Of a stretch of 64,000 nucleotides of DNA, positions 1-10,000 are shown one piece after another. A model generated the notes under the pieces. The model was not told the origin of the DNA, ran no database searches, and saw only the letters and a program-made list of their open reading frames with translations. Position numbers and translations under genes: made by a program. Numbering within the stretch: the first letter of the stretch is position 1; every line of letters begins with the position of its first letter. Source of the DNA: Thermoanaerobaculia bacterium (GTDB taxonomy: Bacteria; Acidobacteriota; Thermoanaerobaculia; UBA5066); the NCBI GenBank assembly GCA_963719225.1, contig CAVRAY010000002.1:480001-544000 (forward strand), read 5' to 3'.

Positions 1-8
1 GGGGCGAC

Positions 9-1391
9 TTAGACGTTCGCCATTGATCCGTCGAGCGCGGCGCCGGCGGTCCGGATCACGTCCGCGTAGAAGCGGGCGCTCGCCTTCGGGGTTCGCCGCT
101 GCGTGGCGTGGTCGACGTGCACGATCCCGAAGCGCTTCGAGAAGCCGTAGGACCACTCGAAGTTGTCGAGGAGCGACCATGCGAAATAGCCGCGGACGTC
201 GACGCCGCGCGCGATGGCCGCGCGCGTCGCGCGGAGATGGTCTCGCAGGTACGCCGCGCGGAGAGGGTCCGCGACGCGGCCGGGCGGCGCCACGGGCGGG
301 TCGGGGAAGGCCGCGCCGTTCTCGGTGACGTAGAGGGGCAGGTCTCCATAGCGGGACTTCACCCACGTGAGGATCCCGAGGAGTCCCGGTGCATAGACCT
401 CCCAGTCCATCTCGGTGTGGAGAGCGCCGTCCTGCCGGACGCGCGAAGCCCGCGTGAAGACATCGGGATCGTCCTTCACGACGCTCCGCGTGTAGTAGTT
501 GATCCCGAGAAAGTCGATCGGCGCCCGGATGAGATCGAAGTCGGCGGCGGGCAGCCGGGGCCACGCCTCTCCGAAGATCGCGGGCAGCTCTTCGGGCGTG
601 CGGCCGAGAAATACCGGATCGAGGAACTGCCGGTTCATGTAGGCGTCGGCACGCGCCACGGCCGCGGCGTCGGCGGGGGAGTCCGTCGCCGGGAACTTCG
701 GCTCGAGGTTGACGACGAGGCCCAGGCGCAACCCGCCTTCCGCGCGGCAGGCGGTGACGGCCGCCGCATGCGCGCGCAGGAGATTGTGAGCGACGACCGG
801 CGCCTCGGCGAGGCTGCGGTGTCCGGGCGCGTGGATGCCGTGCACGTAGCCGCCGTCCATCACGACCCACGGCTCGTTCAATGTCGCCCACGAGCCCACA
901 CCCGGAAGCGCGCGGCAGACGGCGCTCGCGTACTCCGCGAACCACCCGGCGACGTCGCGGTTCAAAAAGCCGCCTCGGTCGTCGAGAGCCGCCGGCAGGT
1001 CCCAGTGAAAAAGCGTCCCGAACGGCTCGATCCCGGCGTCCAAAAGAGCGTCGACGAGCCGCCGATAGAAGTCCAGCCCCTTTTCGTTTACGCGCCCGAC
1101 GCCTTCGGGGAAGACGCGGCTCCAGGAAACGCTGAAGCGGTAGGCGCTCAGCGAGAGGCTTTGCATGAGGGCGACGTCCTCGGGAAAACGGTGGTAGTGG
1201 TCGCACGCGACGTCGCCGTTTTCGCCGCCCGTCACGGTGCCCGGCGTGTGCGCGAAGCGGTGCCAGTTGCTCGGCCCGGCCCCGTCGGCCAGAGGCGAGC
1301 CCTCGATCTGATAAGCCGACGTCGCGGCTCCCCAGAGAAATCCCTTTGGAAATCCCAGGTTCGGCGACACGAGCAGGTCCGCGGCAGGCAA
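9..1391 (-). CDS. bglA: GH1 beta-glucosidase
   Basis: FLWGAATSAYQIEG N-terminus, YRFSVSWSR, TLNEP acid/base, YVTENG nucleophile, WSLLDNFEW. Confidence 0.95.
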   Translation of the reverse strand: MPAADLLVSPNLGFPKGFLWGAATSAYQIEGSPLADGAGPSNWHRFAHTPGTVTGGENGDVACDHYHRFPEDVALMQSLSLSAYRFSVSWSRVFPEGVGRVNEKGLDFYRRLVDALLDAGIEPFGTLFHWDLPAALDDRGGFLNRDVAGWFAEYASAVCRALPGVGSWATLNEPWVVMDGGYVHGIHAPGHRSLAEAPVVAHNLLRAHAAAVTACRAEGGLRLGLVVNLEPKFPATDSPADAAAVARADAYMNRQFLDPVFLGRTPEELPAIFGEAWPRLPAADFDLIRAPIDFLGINYYTRSVVKDDPDVFTRASRVRQDGALHTEMDWEVYAPGLLGILTWVKSRYGDLPLYVTENGAAFPDPPVAPPGRVADPLRAAYLRDHLRATRAAIARGVDVRGYFAWSLLDNFEWSYGFSKRFGIVHVDHATQRRTPKASARFYADVIRTAGAALDGSMANV

Positions 1392-1449
1392 CGAGGCCAG
1401 TCTATGACGCGCGAGCGGTGGCGCTAAACTGCCCGCGGCCGCACCGCGT

Positions 1450-1527
1450 CTGCCCGTAGCTCAGCTGGACCAGAGCATCGGCCTTCTAAGCCGAGGGTCG
1501 TCGGTTCGAATCCGACCGGGCAGGCCA
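1450..1527 (+). tRNA. tRNA-Arg (anticodon TCT)
   Basis: Acceptor stem CTGCCCG/CGGGCAG, D arm TAGCTCAGCTGG, anticodon arm TCGGC-CTTCTAA-GCCGA, T loop GGTTCGAATCC, encoded CCA. Confidence 0.96.
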
Positions 1528-1641
1528 TAGATATTCAGCGGTAAGAACCGGCGACATTGGGGGTGCGTGGGCGAAGCCCCCGCCTCACGTCAGTAGCGGC
1601 AGCCGGGCGACGATTCCATTGCTCGCGAAGCGAGCGTCGCC

Positions 1642-1668
1642 CGGTTCGAATCTCCCCGGGCAGGCCAT
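1642..1668 (+). repeat. Degenerate copy of the tRNA-Arg 3' end (att-like scar)
   Basis: CGGTTCGAATCtccCCGGGCAGGCCAT versus tRNA CGGTTCGAATCcgaCCGGGCAGGCCAT (1502-1528). Confidence 0.85.
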
Positions 1669-1712
1669 GCTTTCTGCGCAAGTGCGAGCGCGGCGGCCGT
1701 ATGGTGCGCGTC

Positions 1713-2702
1713 ATGAAGGCGTTGGTCGCCGCGCGTTACGGTGGTCCCGAAGTCCTCGCGATCGCCGAGCGGCCTGAGCCCGAGGTCGGCCCGCGCGACG
1801 TCCTCATCGCGGTCAAGGCAGCGAGCTTGAACCCGCTCGACTCCAGGATCCGCGACGGCAAGGTCAAGCTGGTGCTGCGGCTGCGCCCACCGATCGCGCT
1901 CGGCTGCGACGTCGCAGGCGTCGTCGATCGGGTCGGTGCCGCGGTCACGAAGTTTCGGGCCGGCAATGAGGTCTATGCACGACTCGAGGAAGATCGGATG
2001 GGCGGGCTCGCCGAGCGCGTTGCCGCCGCCGATCACGTCGTCGCGTTCAAGCCGGCGCGAGCCTCCTTCGAGGAAGCAGCTGCGGTCCCGCTCGCGGCGT
2101 TGACGTCGCTGCAGGCGTTGCGCGAGGCGGCCGGGCTGGTCGCCGGGCAGCGCGTGCTGATCCACGCTGGCGCCGGCGGCGTCGGCAGCCTGGCGATCCA
2201 GATCGGGAAGATCCTCCAACTCCACGTCACCACGACGACCAGCGCAAAGAACGTCGACTTCGTCAAGCAGCTCGGCGCCGATGACGTCGTCGATTACACC
2301 AAGCGCGAGCCGTTACCCACCGGCGTCGACGCCGTGTTTGACACGCTCGGTGCCGAATCGGAGCTCGCTTCGCTGGCCGCGGTCAAGCGAGGTGGCATTG
2401 TCGTCGGAATTGCCGGGATGCCCGACGCCGCTTTCGCCAGGCAACGGCTTCCGGCATTCGCGCGGCCCGTAATCTGGCTCGCAACTCTCAAGCGCCGGCG
2501 TGCGGCGTCACATGCGAACGCTCGCTTCATCTACTTGTTCATGCGGCCCGACGGAGCGCAGCTCGCCGAGCTCGCGAGCTGGATCGATGCCGGCCGCTTG
2601 AAGCCGATCCTGCACCGTATCTATCCACTGGCCGAATCGCGAGAAGCCTTCGCGGAGCTCGAGCGCGGGAGGGCCCGCGGAAAGATCGTCATCACGATCT
2701 AG
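1713..2702 (+). CDS. NADP-dependent oxidoreductase, MDR/quinone oxidoreductase family
   Basis: MKALV..YGGPEVL start, AASLNPLD, IHAGAGGVG nucleotide-binding motif, GRARGKIVI C-terminus; start could be ATG 1701. Confidence 0.9.
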   Translation: MKALVAARYGGPEVLAIAERPEPEVGPRDVLIAVKAASLNPLDSRIRDGKVKLVLRLRPPIALGCDVAGVVDRVGAAVTKFRAGNEVYARLEEDRMGGLAERVAAADHVVAFKPARASFEEAAAVPLAALTSLQALREAAGLVAGQRVLIHAGAGGVGSLAIQIGKILQLHVTTTTSAKNVDFVKQLGADDVVDYTKREPLPTGVDAVFDTLGAESELASLAAVKRGGIVVGIAGMPDAAFARQRLPAFARPVIWLATLKRRRAASHANARFIYLFMRPDGAQLAELASWIDAGRLKPILHRIYPLAESREAFAELERGRARGKIVITI

Positions 2703-2860
2703 AACGCACCGGCGGCCGCGAGCCCACCACCCTCGGGCGCGATCCGGCTGTCCCGCCGCGGTATCGATCAAGCCGCCTTCATAACCTCCGGGAGCCTCTC
2801 GAACAGCCGACTGAGCTCGGGCGGCGGGTCTGCCAGGGTAGTTCAATACGTATCAACGAA

Positions 2861-2876
2861 GGCAGGCCATTGATCT
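2861..2876 (+). repeat. Second short copy of the tRNA 3' end and flank
   Basis: GGCAGGCCATtGATcT matches 1519-1534 GGCAGGCCATaGATaT at 14/16. Confidence 0.55.
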
Positions 2877-2890
2877 CGATGGTACGGGCG

Positions 2891-3316
2891 TTACGGGGGC
2901 AGCCGCCAGAACCACAGCTCCGTCGCGTCCAGGGTTGTCCAGCTCATGGTGTTGTCAACTCCAGGATCCCACCGCGGCAGGCACATGTTCGTGGTCCAGA
3001 GATCGATGTGAGGCGTGGCGCCTGCGGGCCTCTTATAGAACAGGATCCCCTGACCCTGGATGTTTCCTCGATGACTCGGCCGCTCCGATCCGCCCAGCCT
3101 GTCGTCGAGATAGCGGGCCAGAGCCGGGGCGCCGCGCACGTGGCCGTGCGGACATACGTTGTGCCCGAATCCGGCCAGGAAAGTCGGATCGACTCCCACG
3201 AGTGCGATGCTCATCCGGATCGCGCACTGGTTCTCGTAGCGCGGCTGGCCGGCCGCCGTTCTGCAGGGGTGGGCTTCGTGCGGGAAGTTCTGGACCAATT
3301 GGCTGAACAGGATCAT
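2891..3316 (-). CDS. Tae4-family peptidoglycan amidase (T6SS effector-like)
   Basis: NQCAIRMS (catalytic Cys), QGQGILFY, HIDLW (catalytic His), ELWFWRL C-terminus; ATG 3316 preceded by GGAGGG. Confidence 0.8.
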   Translation of the reverse strand: MILFSQLVQNFPHEAHPCRTAAGQPRYENQCAIRMSIALVGVDPTFLAGFGHNVCPHGHVRGAPALARYLDDRLGGSERPSHRGNIQGQGILFYKRPAGATPHIDLWTTNMCLPRWDPGVDNTMSWTTLDATELWFWRLPP

Positions 3317-3417
3317 GAGACCCTCCGCAAAAGGAGCGACTGGGTTTGATCCGAGCGTATCCAACGTCGTCTTCATGTTGCAAGTTGACTTCAAAGTCGC
3401 TGCACTACACTGCGGCC

Positions 3418-3515
3418 GTGAAGGCCGCGCGGACCGGGCCGAATGCGTTCACGATCGACTTCGAGAACGAGGCGGAACTCCGCGAGGAGCACCGGACGAA
3501 CCTGAGCCGGCCCTA
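3418..3515 (+). pseudogene. 5' stub of a PilZ-like protein gene
   Basis: TACACT -10 six nt before GTG; FTIDFENEAELREEHRTNLS resembles the PilZ-type F...EY..NLSxGG motif but breaks off before GG. Confidence 0.35.
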
Positions 3516-3704
3516 TGAGCGATCGGCGAGGAGACCACATACCTTCGTCGGGCTCGTCCTATTCTGGAACGCTCTCCTCCGGGTTCGCCGACGAGTTCGC
3601 TCGGCTCTTCAAGAAGAACCACCTTCTGATCCTGAAGAAGCAGATCGAGTCGGGGAGATTTCTCGAGGTCGCTCGTCGCCGCCCCGGAGGTGGCGCCGTA
3701 GCCC

Positions 3705-4112
3705 TTACGGCGGCGGCGTGCCCGGGTTGCTCTTGAATTCCACGCTCGTGAAGTTGAGCGAGAGGGACTCCATGGCGTCACGCCCGCTCCCGGAAATGTT
3801 GTAGCTGGCGATCAGCGTGTTCGACATCGTGAGTCGGAGATAGACCGCCCCGTCTTTGACGAAATCGATGAACACCGTACCCCCTTTTCCGGTAAGCGCT
3901 TCACTAAAGAGGTGAACCGATGAGCAGTCCTGAGGCTTGGTCACGACGATTTCGCTCACCTTTGATGGGCCCTCTCTCGATGCGGACCCGCCGCTTGGAG
4001 AGGAAATATTTCTCCCGACTCCGAACTGTGCGCTGCTCAGCTCGATCCACCCGCGGTGAGCCGATTCCGTCACCTCGCCTTTGATGTCGGTGATCTTCAT
4101 GAACATGGGCAT
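3705..4112 (-). CDS. hcp: Type VI secretion tube protein Hcp (orphan)
   Basis: MFMKITDIKGE...HRGWIELSS.QFG, VTKPQDCSS, MESLSLNFTSVEF; GGGAGAG RBS. Confidence 0.92.
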   Translation of the reverse strand: MPMFMKITDIKGEVTESAHRGWIELSSAQFGVGRNISSPSGGSASREGPSKVSEIVVTKPQDCSSVHLFSEALTGKGGTVFIDFVKDGAVYLRLTMSNTLIASYNISGSGRDAMESLSLNFTSVEFKSNPGTPPP

Positions 4113-4169
4113 GGGGCTCTCCCGCCGTTGCGATTCGTTCTCAAGAGCCTAGCACAGGGTTCGAGGGCT

Positions 4170-4388
4170 CTCGACGCCACGTCCACCTTCGTGCCGTCGG
4201 CTGATTCGTAGTTCGTGCCGCAGAAACAGATATGAAGGACATCGTGATCTCCCCGCTTGCGATCTTCTCGCCGGCGGCGACGACGCCCCCGGCGGAATGC
4301 CAGGCGGTCGAGCAAAGGGGGTCTTCTCCGACCCGCTCGAGAAGGTCGGGTGATAGAAGACGCCGGTCGTGCGCGTGCCTACTCCCAT
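4170..4388 (-). pseudogene. Internally deleted histone-deacetylase/AcuC-like gene relic
   Basis: Three HDAC-like blocks in three frames: TGVFYHPTFS / ERVGEDPLCSTAWHSAGGVVAAGEKIASGEI / DVLHICFCG..DGTKVDV; ATG overlaps the end of the upstream gene. Confidence 0.55.
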
Positions 4389-5152
4389 TTAGGCGGGCGC
4401 TTCTCGAGGAAGGCGTGGAGGCCTTCGGCGAAGTCGGGCGTGCCCGCGAGGTGAACCGCGGCCTCGAGCTCGAGGGCGAGTGCGTCGTCATAGGGCAGAT
4501 CGAGACCCAGCGTGATGCAGCGGCGAATGGCGGCGAGTGCCGCCGCCGGCTTTGCGGCCAGGGCCGCGGCATAGGCCTGCGCTTCCTCGCGGAGTTTCTC
4601 GGGAGGCACGACGAAGTCCACGAGCCCCATCGCGAGCGCCTCCTCGGCCGTGACGAGGCTCCCTTCGTAGAGAAACCGCAGGGCGCGAGGCCGCCCGAGA
4701 AGCCTGGACAGGGATTGCGTGGTGCCCACGGGGGGAATGAAGCCGATGTTGATCTCCGGCTGCCCGAGGCGCGCATCCTTCGCGGCGAAGCGGACGTCGC
4801 AGTTCAGCACGATCTCGAGCCCGCCGCCGACGGCCGTCCCGTGAATGGCGCCGACGAGCGGCTTCGATGCCTCGCGGATCTGGCGGACGAGACGGTGACA
4901 GATCTCGACCCACTCTCGCATCTCGCCCGGCCGCATCGCCGCGAGGACTTTGAGGTCCGCCCCGGTGGAGAAGAACTTCTCGAGCGCACTCGCGATCACG
5001 ACGACGCGTACGCCGGAATCCCGGAGGAGCTCGTCAAGCGCCAGCGGGATTTCGCGAAGCATCTTCCAGTCGATCGCGTTGAGGGGCGGGCGCCGGTACT
5101 CGAGCCAGCCGACGCGGTCGTCCACGCTCGTTTTCAGGAACTCGTAGCTCAT
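4379..5152 (-). CDS. Enoyl-CoA hydratase/isomerase family protein
   Basis: RPPLNAI, FSTGADL, AVGGGLE, GQPEINIG, FLEKRPPKW. Confidence 0.95.
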   Translation of the reverse strand: MSYEFLKTSVDDRVGWLEYRRPPLNAIDWKMLREIPLALDELLRDSGVRVVVIASALEKFFSTGADLKVLAAMRPGEMREWVEICHRLVRQIREASKPLVGAIHGTAVGGGLEIVLNCDVRFAAKDARLGQPEINIGFIPPVGTTQSLSRLLGRPRALRFLYEGSLVTAEEALAMGLVDFVVPPEKLREEAQAYAAALAAKPAAALAAIRRCITLGLDLPYDDALALELEAAVHLAGTPDFAEGLHAFLEKRPPKWE

Positions 5153-5227
5153 GGCCACCTCGCCGGTTCATCTTCTCCCAGAATCATCGGGCCGGCTTAC
5201 CATCCCCAGCGAGACTGAGGAGGCCGG

Positions 5228-6382
5228 ATGGCAGAGCACGCGGATGTAGCGATCATCGGCGCGGGAGTCATCGGCTGCAGCGTCGCGTTCCATCTCGCGC
5301 GCCTCGGCCGGTCCGACGTCCGCCTGATCGAAAAGGAGCCCCTGCCGGGCGCGGGCTCGACGTCGAAGGCGAACGGCGGCATCCGGGCGCAGTTCACGAC
5401 GGAGATCAACATCGCGATGTCCCTCGCGTCGATGACGATCCTCGACGCGCTCGCGGACGAGATCGGCGAACCGCCCCTCTACCGCAAGGCCGGCTACCTC
5501 TTTCTCACGGGCGATCCGGCGAAGCTCTCCGCGATGTCAGCCGCCGCCGCATTCCAGAAGGCGCGCGGCGTCGGCGTCGAGGTGCTCGACGCCGCCGGCG
5601 TCCGCGCGCGGGCTCCATACGCAGCGGGGCCGATCGTGGGCGGGACCTTCGGCCCTCGCGACGGGTTCATCGATCCCGGCGGCCTGACGAATTTCTTCCT
5701 CCGCGAAGCCACGCGGGCCGGCGTGAAGACCCGCTACGGAGCCGAGGTGACGCACGCGGAGAGGGATTCCTCCGGCGGGTTCCTTCTGCACACCGAGGCG
5801 GGTGAGATCCACGCCTCCGTCGTCGTCGACGCCGCGGGGCCCTTTTCCGGCGGTGTCGCCGCGCTCTTCGGCGTCGACCTTCCCGTCGTGCCCGTCCGCC
5901 GCCACATCCTCATCACCGGCCCCTGCGCTTCGCTTCCGCAGACGATTCCGATGACGATCGACGCGGACAGCGGCGTCCTGATCCGCCGCGAGGGGAACCG
6001 CGTCCTGATCGCGTACTCGAATCCCGACGAACCTGCCGGCTTCGACACCTCTTTCGATCCGGACTTCCCGCTCCGCATCGCCGGACCGCTGGAGGCGCGC
6101 TTCCCCGAAGTCGCCGAGGCCGGCCTCGACCTCAGGCGGAGCTGGGCCGGCCTCTACGAGGTGACGCCCGACCACCACGCGGTCATCGGCGCCGTTTCCT
6201 CCCTGCCCGGCTTCTTCGTCGCCTCGGGCTTCTCCGGCCACGGCATCATGCACGCGCCGGCCGCGGGCCGGGCCGTCGCCGAGATGATCGTCAAGGGACG
6301 GAGCGAAAGCGTGGACGTCGGCGCGCTATCGATCGAAAGGTTCGCGCGCGGCGAAGCGATCCACGAGACGATGGTCCTCTGA
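5228..6382 (+). CDS. FAD-dependent oxidoreductase (sarcosine oxidase beta/DAO family)
   Basis: IIGAGVIG FAD motif, GSTSKANGGIR, WAGLYEVTPD, GFSGHGIMHAP. Confidence 0.93.
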   Translation: MAEHADVAIIGAGVIGCSVAFHLARLGRSDVRLIEKEPLPGAGSTSKANGGIRAQFTTEINIAMSLASMTILDALADEIGEPPLYRKAGYLFLTGDPAKLSAMSAAAAFQKARGVGVEVLDAAGVRARAPYAAGPIVGGTFGPRDGFIDPGGLTNFFLREATRAGVKTRYGAEVTHAERDSSGGFLLHTEAGEIHASVVVDAAGPFSGGVAALFGVDLPVVPVRRHILITGPCASLPQTIPMTIDADSGVLIRREGNRVLIAYSNPDEPAGFDTSFDPDFPLRIAGPLEARFPEVAEAGLDLRRSWAGLYEVTPDHHAVIGAVSSLPGFFVASGFSGHGIMHAPAAGRAVAEMIVKGRSESVDVGALSIERFARGEAIHETMVL

Positions 6383-6402
6383 GGACGGGAAGTTGGACCC
6401 CT

Positions 6403-6924
6403 TCAGGGTGCCGCCTTCACCGCCAGCCATTCGCGGCGAGCTCCAGGCGGCAATGTGTCCAAGTGCTTCGCAAAAAGCGCGACCTCCCACATCTCCCGAT
6501 CAGACAGAGTCCCGCCGTAGGCCGGCATCCCCGTGAATCGAATGCCGTGGGCGACCTTCCAGTACGTTACTTCCACGGGATCATCCTCGACGCCGTGTTT
6601 CGCGAGCTGCGGCGGGTTCGGCGTCAAGCCTTTCGCGATCGACGACATTCCACCATCGGCACCTCCATGGCACACCTGACAGTTGGCGCGGTAGAGCGCG
6701 ACGCCCGAGGTGAGACTTTCGTCCGTGGGCAGAACGGGACTCTTGAGTGCCGTGGCCTCTCGGCGCATCGTCGCCTGCAGCGATCTCTTCGCGGCCCACT
6801 TTTCCAGCCTGCTCGGCTTCGAGTCCTGTCCGGCCGGCAGGGCGCCGGTCGTCACGAAGAAGTAGCCGGCGGCAATCGCCGTGGCGACGGCAGCGACAAA
6901 GCCCAGGACAAATCCCTTTCCCAC
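6403..6924 (-). CDS. Membrane-anchored c-type cytochrome
   Basis: GTG with AAGGAGG RBS, N-terminal TM helix, CQVCH heme motif, HGIRFTGMPA (Met ligand). Confidence 0.9.
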   Translation of the reverse strand: MGKGFVLGFVAAVATAIAAGYFFVTTGALPAGQDSKPSRLEKWAAKRSLQATMRREATALKSPVLPTDESLTSGVALYRANCQVCHGGADGGMSSIAKGLTPNPPQLAKHGVEDDPVEVTYWKVAHGIRFTGMPAYGGTLSDREMWEVALFAKHLDTLPPGARREWLAVKAAP

Positions 6925-7008
6925 GGCGACCTCCTTGCAACGAGCAGACGAAACCTGGCGTCGCCGCTTTTGACGTTGCCGCCCGGCGCATATCATCCTG
7001 CGCGGGAC

Positions 7009-10000
7009 ATGAAAACGCGATCGGAGATCGGAAGCGTCGAGAACCGCGTCCACGAACGGGGAGAGCTCGTTCAAGCGGCGGCTTTCCGGATCGCCGAGGC
7101 CGTCACCGAGACGGGGAGCCTCCAGGAGCTTTTCTCGAGGATCCACGCGATCGTGGGCGGCCTGATGGAGGCCGCCAACTTCTACATCGCTCTCCACGAC
7201 CCGGACCGCGACGTCCTGAGCTTCCCCTACTTCGTCGACCTGGTGGACAAACCGTTTCCGCCGAAGCGCGTCGGCAAGGGGCTGACGGAGTACGTGCTCC
7301 GGACGGGCCGGCCGCTGCTCGCGTCTCCCGACGTCTTCCTCGGGCTCGTCGCCTCCGGCGAAGTCGAGCAGATCGGAACCGACTCGGTCGACTGGCTCGG
7401 CGTCCCGCTGCGCGGACGCGACCGGCCCATCGGCGTCCTGGCGGTGCAGAGCTACACGGGCAAGGTCCGCTACACCGAGGAGGATCGCGACCTCCTCGTG
7501 TACGTCTCCTCCCAGATCGCGCAGGCCATCGAGCGGAAACGTTCCGAGGAGGCGCTCAAGGAGAGCGAGCTGAAGCTGCGGGCCATCGTCGCGGCTCTCC
7601 CCGATCTGGTCCTGGTTCTCGACCGGGAGGGGCGTTACCGCGAGATCCACGCCACGCGGGCGGAGAACCTGGTCCTGCCGCGCGAAGTCCTCCTCGGGCG
7701 CACGATCCCGGAGTTCCTGCCCGCTCCGGTGGCGGAGCTGTGGCTGGAGAAGATCGACACGTGCCTCCTCACCGGAACGATGCAGACGGTCGAGTATTCG
7801 CTCGACGTCCAGGCGGGCCTGCGGGTCTTCGAAGCCCGCGTGGTTCCCTATGGGCCGGATGCCGTGATGACCGTCGTGAGGGACGTGACGGAGGGAACGC
7901 GCGCGGCGGAAGCTCTCGGCTCGGCCCAGGCGGATCTGAAGCGATTGACCGACAACATGGTCGACGTGATCAGCCAGGTCGATCTCGAGGGAAACTTCCA
8001 GTTCGTCAGCCCGTCGCACGAGCTCGTCACGGGATGGACGTCGGGAGAGCTCCTCGGCGCGAACGCCCTCGACCTCGTCCACCCCGACGACCACCGGATG
8101 ATCCGCGAGAAGCTGGCGCGCGGGGCGGCGACCGGAAAATCGGGCTCGGCGGAATACAGGTACCGGGTCCGAGACGGCAGGTATATCTGGGTCGAGACGG
8201 TTTCGAACGTCCTGCGCGGTCCCGACGGCAAGCCGCAGGCCTTCGTCCTCGGGTCGCGCGACGTGACCGCCCGAAAAAGGGCCGAAGCCGTCCTCGGGGT
8301 CCTCCACGAGACGGGAAGGAAGATCCTCCGCCACGACCCGATCGAACAGATCCTGCAGTTCATCTGCGACGAGGTCGCGGGCCGGTTCGAGTTCGCCGTC
8401 GTTTGGATCGGCATCCGGGAGACGGACGGCACCATCACCCAGCGCGCCGTGGCGGGTCCGGCCGCAGACTTCGTGAGGCAGAACCGCTTCAGGTGGGACG
8501 GCACACCCGAAGGGAAGGGCCCGAGCGGCGAGGCGATCCGCACGGGCCGGCCCGTGGTGATCTCGACGGCCGCGGACGAGAGGGTCGCGCCCTGGCTGGG
8601 CGGGGTCGAGAAGTTCCGGCTCGGCTCCGCTCTTTCGATCCCGCTCGTCGTCGACGAGTCCGTGCTCGGCGTCGTTTCGAGCTATTCGGACCGGCCGAAC
8701 GCCTACGGCGAAGAGACGATCCGGCTTCTCGCGCGCTTCGCCGACCAGGCGGCCCTCGCCCTCTTCGAGGCGCGGCAGCACGAGCGGATCGACCTGCAGA
8801 CCGCTGCGCTCGAAGCCGCCGCGAATGCGGTCCTCATCACGGACCGCGAGGGCGTGATCGAGTGGGTCAATCCCGCGTTCACCGACCTGACGGGATGGCA
8901 GAGGGAAGAGGTCGTCGGGCAGACCCCGCGGATCCTGAAGTCGGACATCCAGCCTTCCTACTATTACGAAACGCTCTGGGAGACGATCACGGCGGGGAAC
9001 GTCTGGCGTGGCGAGCTTCACAACCGCCGCAAGGACGGCGTGGTCTACGTCGAAGAGCAGACCATCACGCCGGTCCGGTCGGCGGAGGGGGAGATCCGCC
9101 ATTTCATCTCGATCAAGCAGGACGTCACGGCCCGCAGGCAGAACGAGGAGAAGATCCGGCACCTCGCGCTGCACGATCCGCTCACGGACCTCTCCAACCG
9201 GCACGCCTTCGAAGAGACGCTCGCGCGGACGGTGTCCCGGGCCCAGCGGGGATCGCCCTCCACTCTGCTCCTTCTCGATCTCGACAACTTCAAGATCGTG
9301 AATGACGCGCTCGGGCACCCGGCCGGCGACCGGGTCCTCGTCGAGGTGGCCCGCCTCATCGTGGGACTCGTGCGCCCCGGCGACGACGTCGCCCGGTTCG
9401 GAGGCGACGAGTTCGCCGTCCTGCTCGAAGGAGTGGCGCTGGAAGGAGCGCGAATCACCGCGGAGCGCCTTCGCCGATGCGTCGACGAGCATCGGTTCTT
9501 CGTCGGCGACCGGGCCTTCGACCTCGGGATCAGCGTCGGCGTGGTCCCGGTGGACGGGTCTGCGGACGCGCCGTCTCTGATGGCCCTGGCCGACTCGGCC
9601 CTCTATGCGGCCAAGGAGAAGGGCCGGAATCGCGTGATGGTCGTCGAGAACGTGACGGGCGGTTCGTCTCCGCTTTCCGAGGCGAGCCGCTGGGCGTCGC
9701 GGATCAAGGAGGCGCTGCGGGAAGACCGCTTCGTCCTTCACTACCAGCCCATCTTCCATTTCAAGTCGGGCCGGGCGGCCCATTTCGAGGCTCTCCTCCG
9801 GCTGAGGGAAGGGAACGACCTCATCGCGCCCGCCGTCTTCCTCCCCGCCGCGGAGAGATTCGGCCTGATGCCCCAGGTCGACGGCTGGGTCGTGGACCAC
9901 GTCGTCGAGCTTCTCGTGAAGAATCCCGAGGCGGAGATCTTCGTCAATCTCTCGGGCACGAGCCTCGGAGACGAGTCTCTTCTCTCGCACATCGAGGAGC

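Noticed and set aside
2508-2846. ORF downstream of the amidase as Tai4 immunity
   Set aside because: No signal peptide, it overlaps the oxidoreductase antisense, and its composition is not protein-like.
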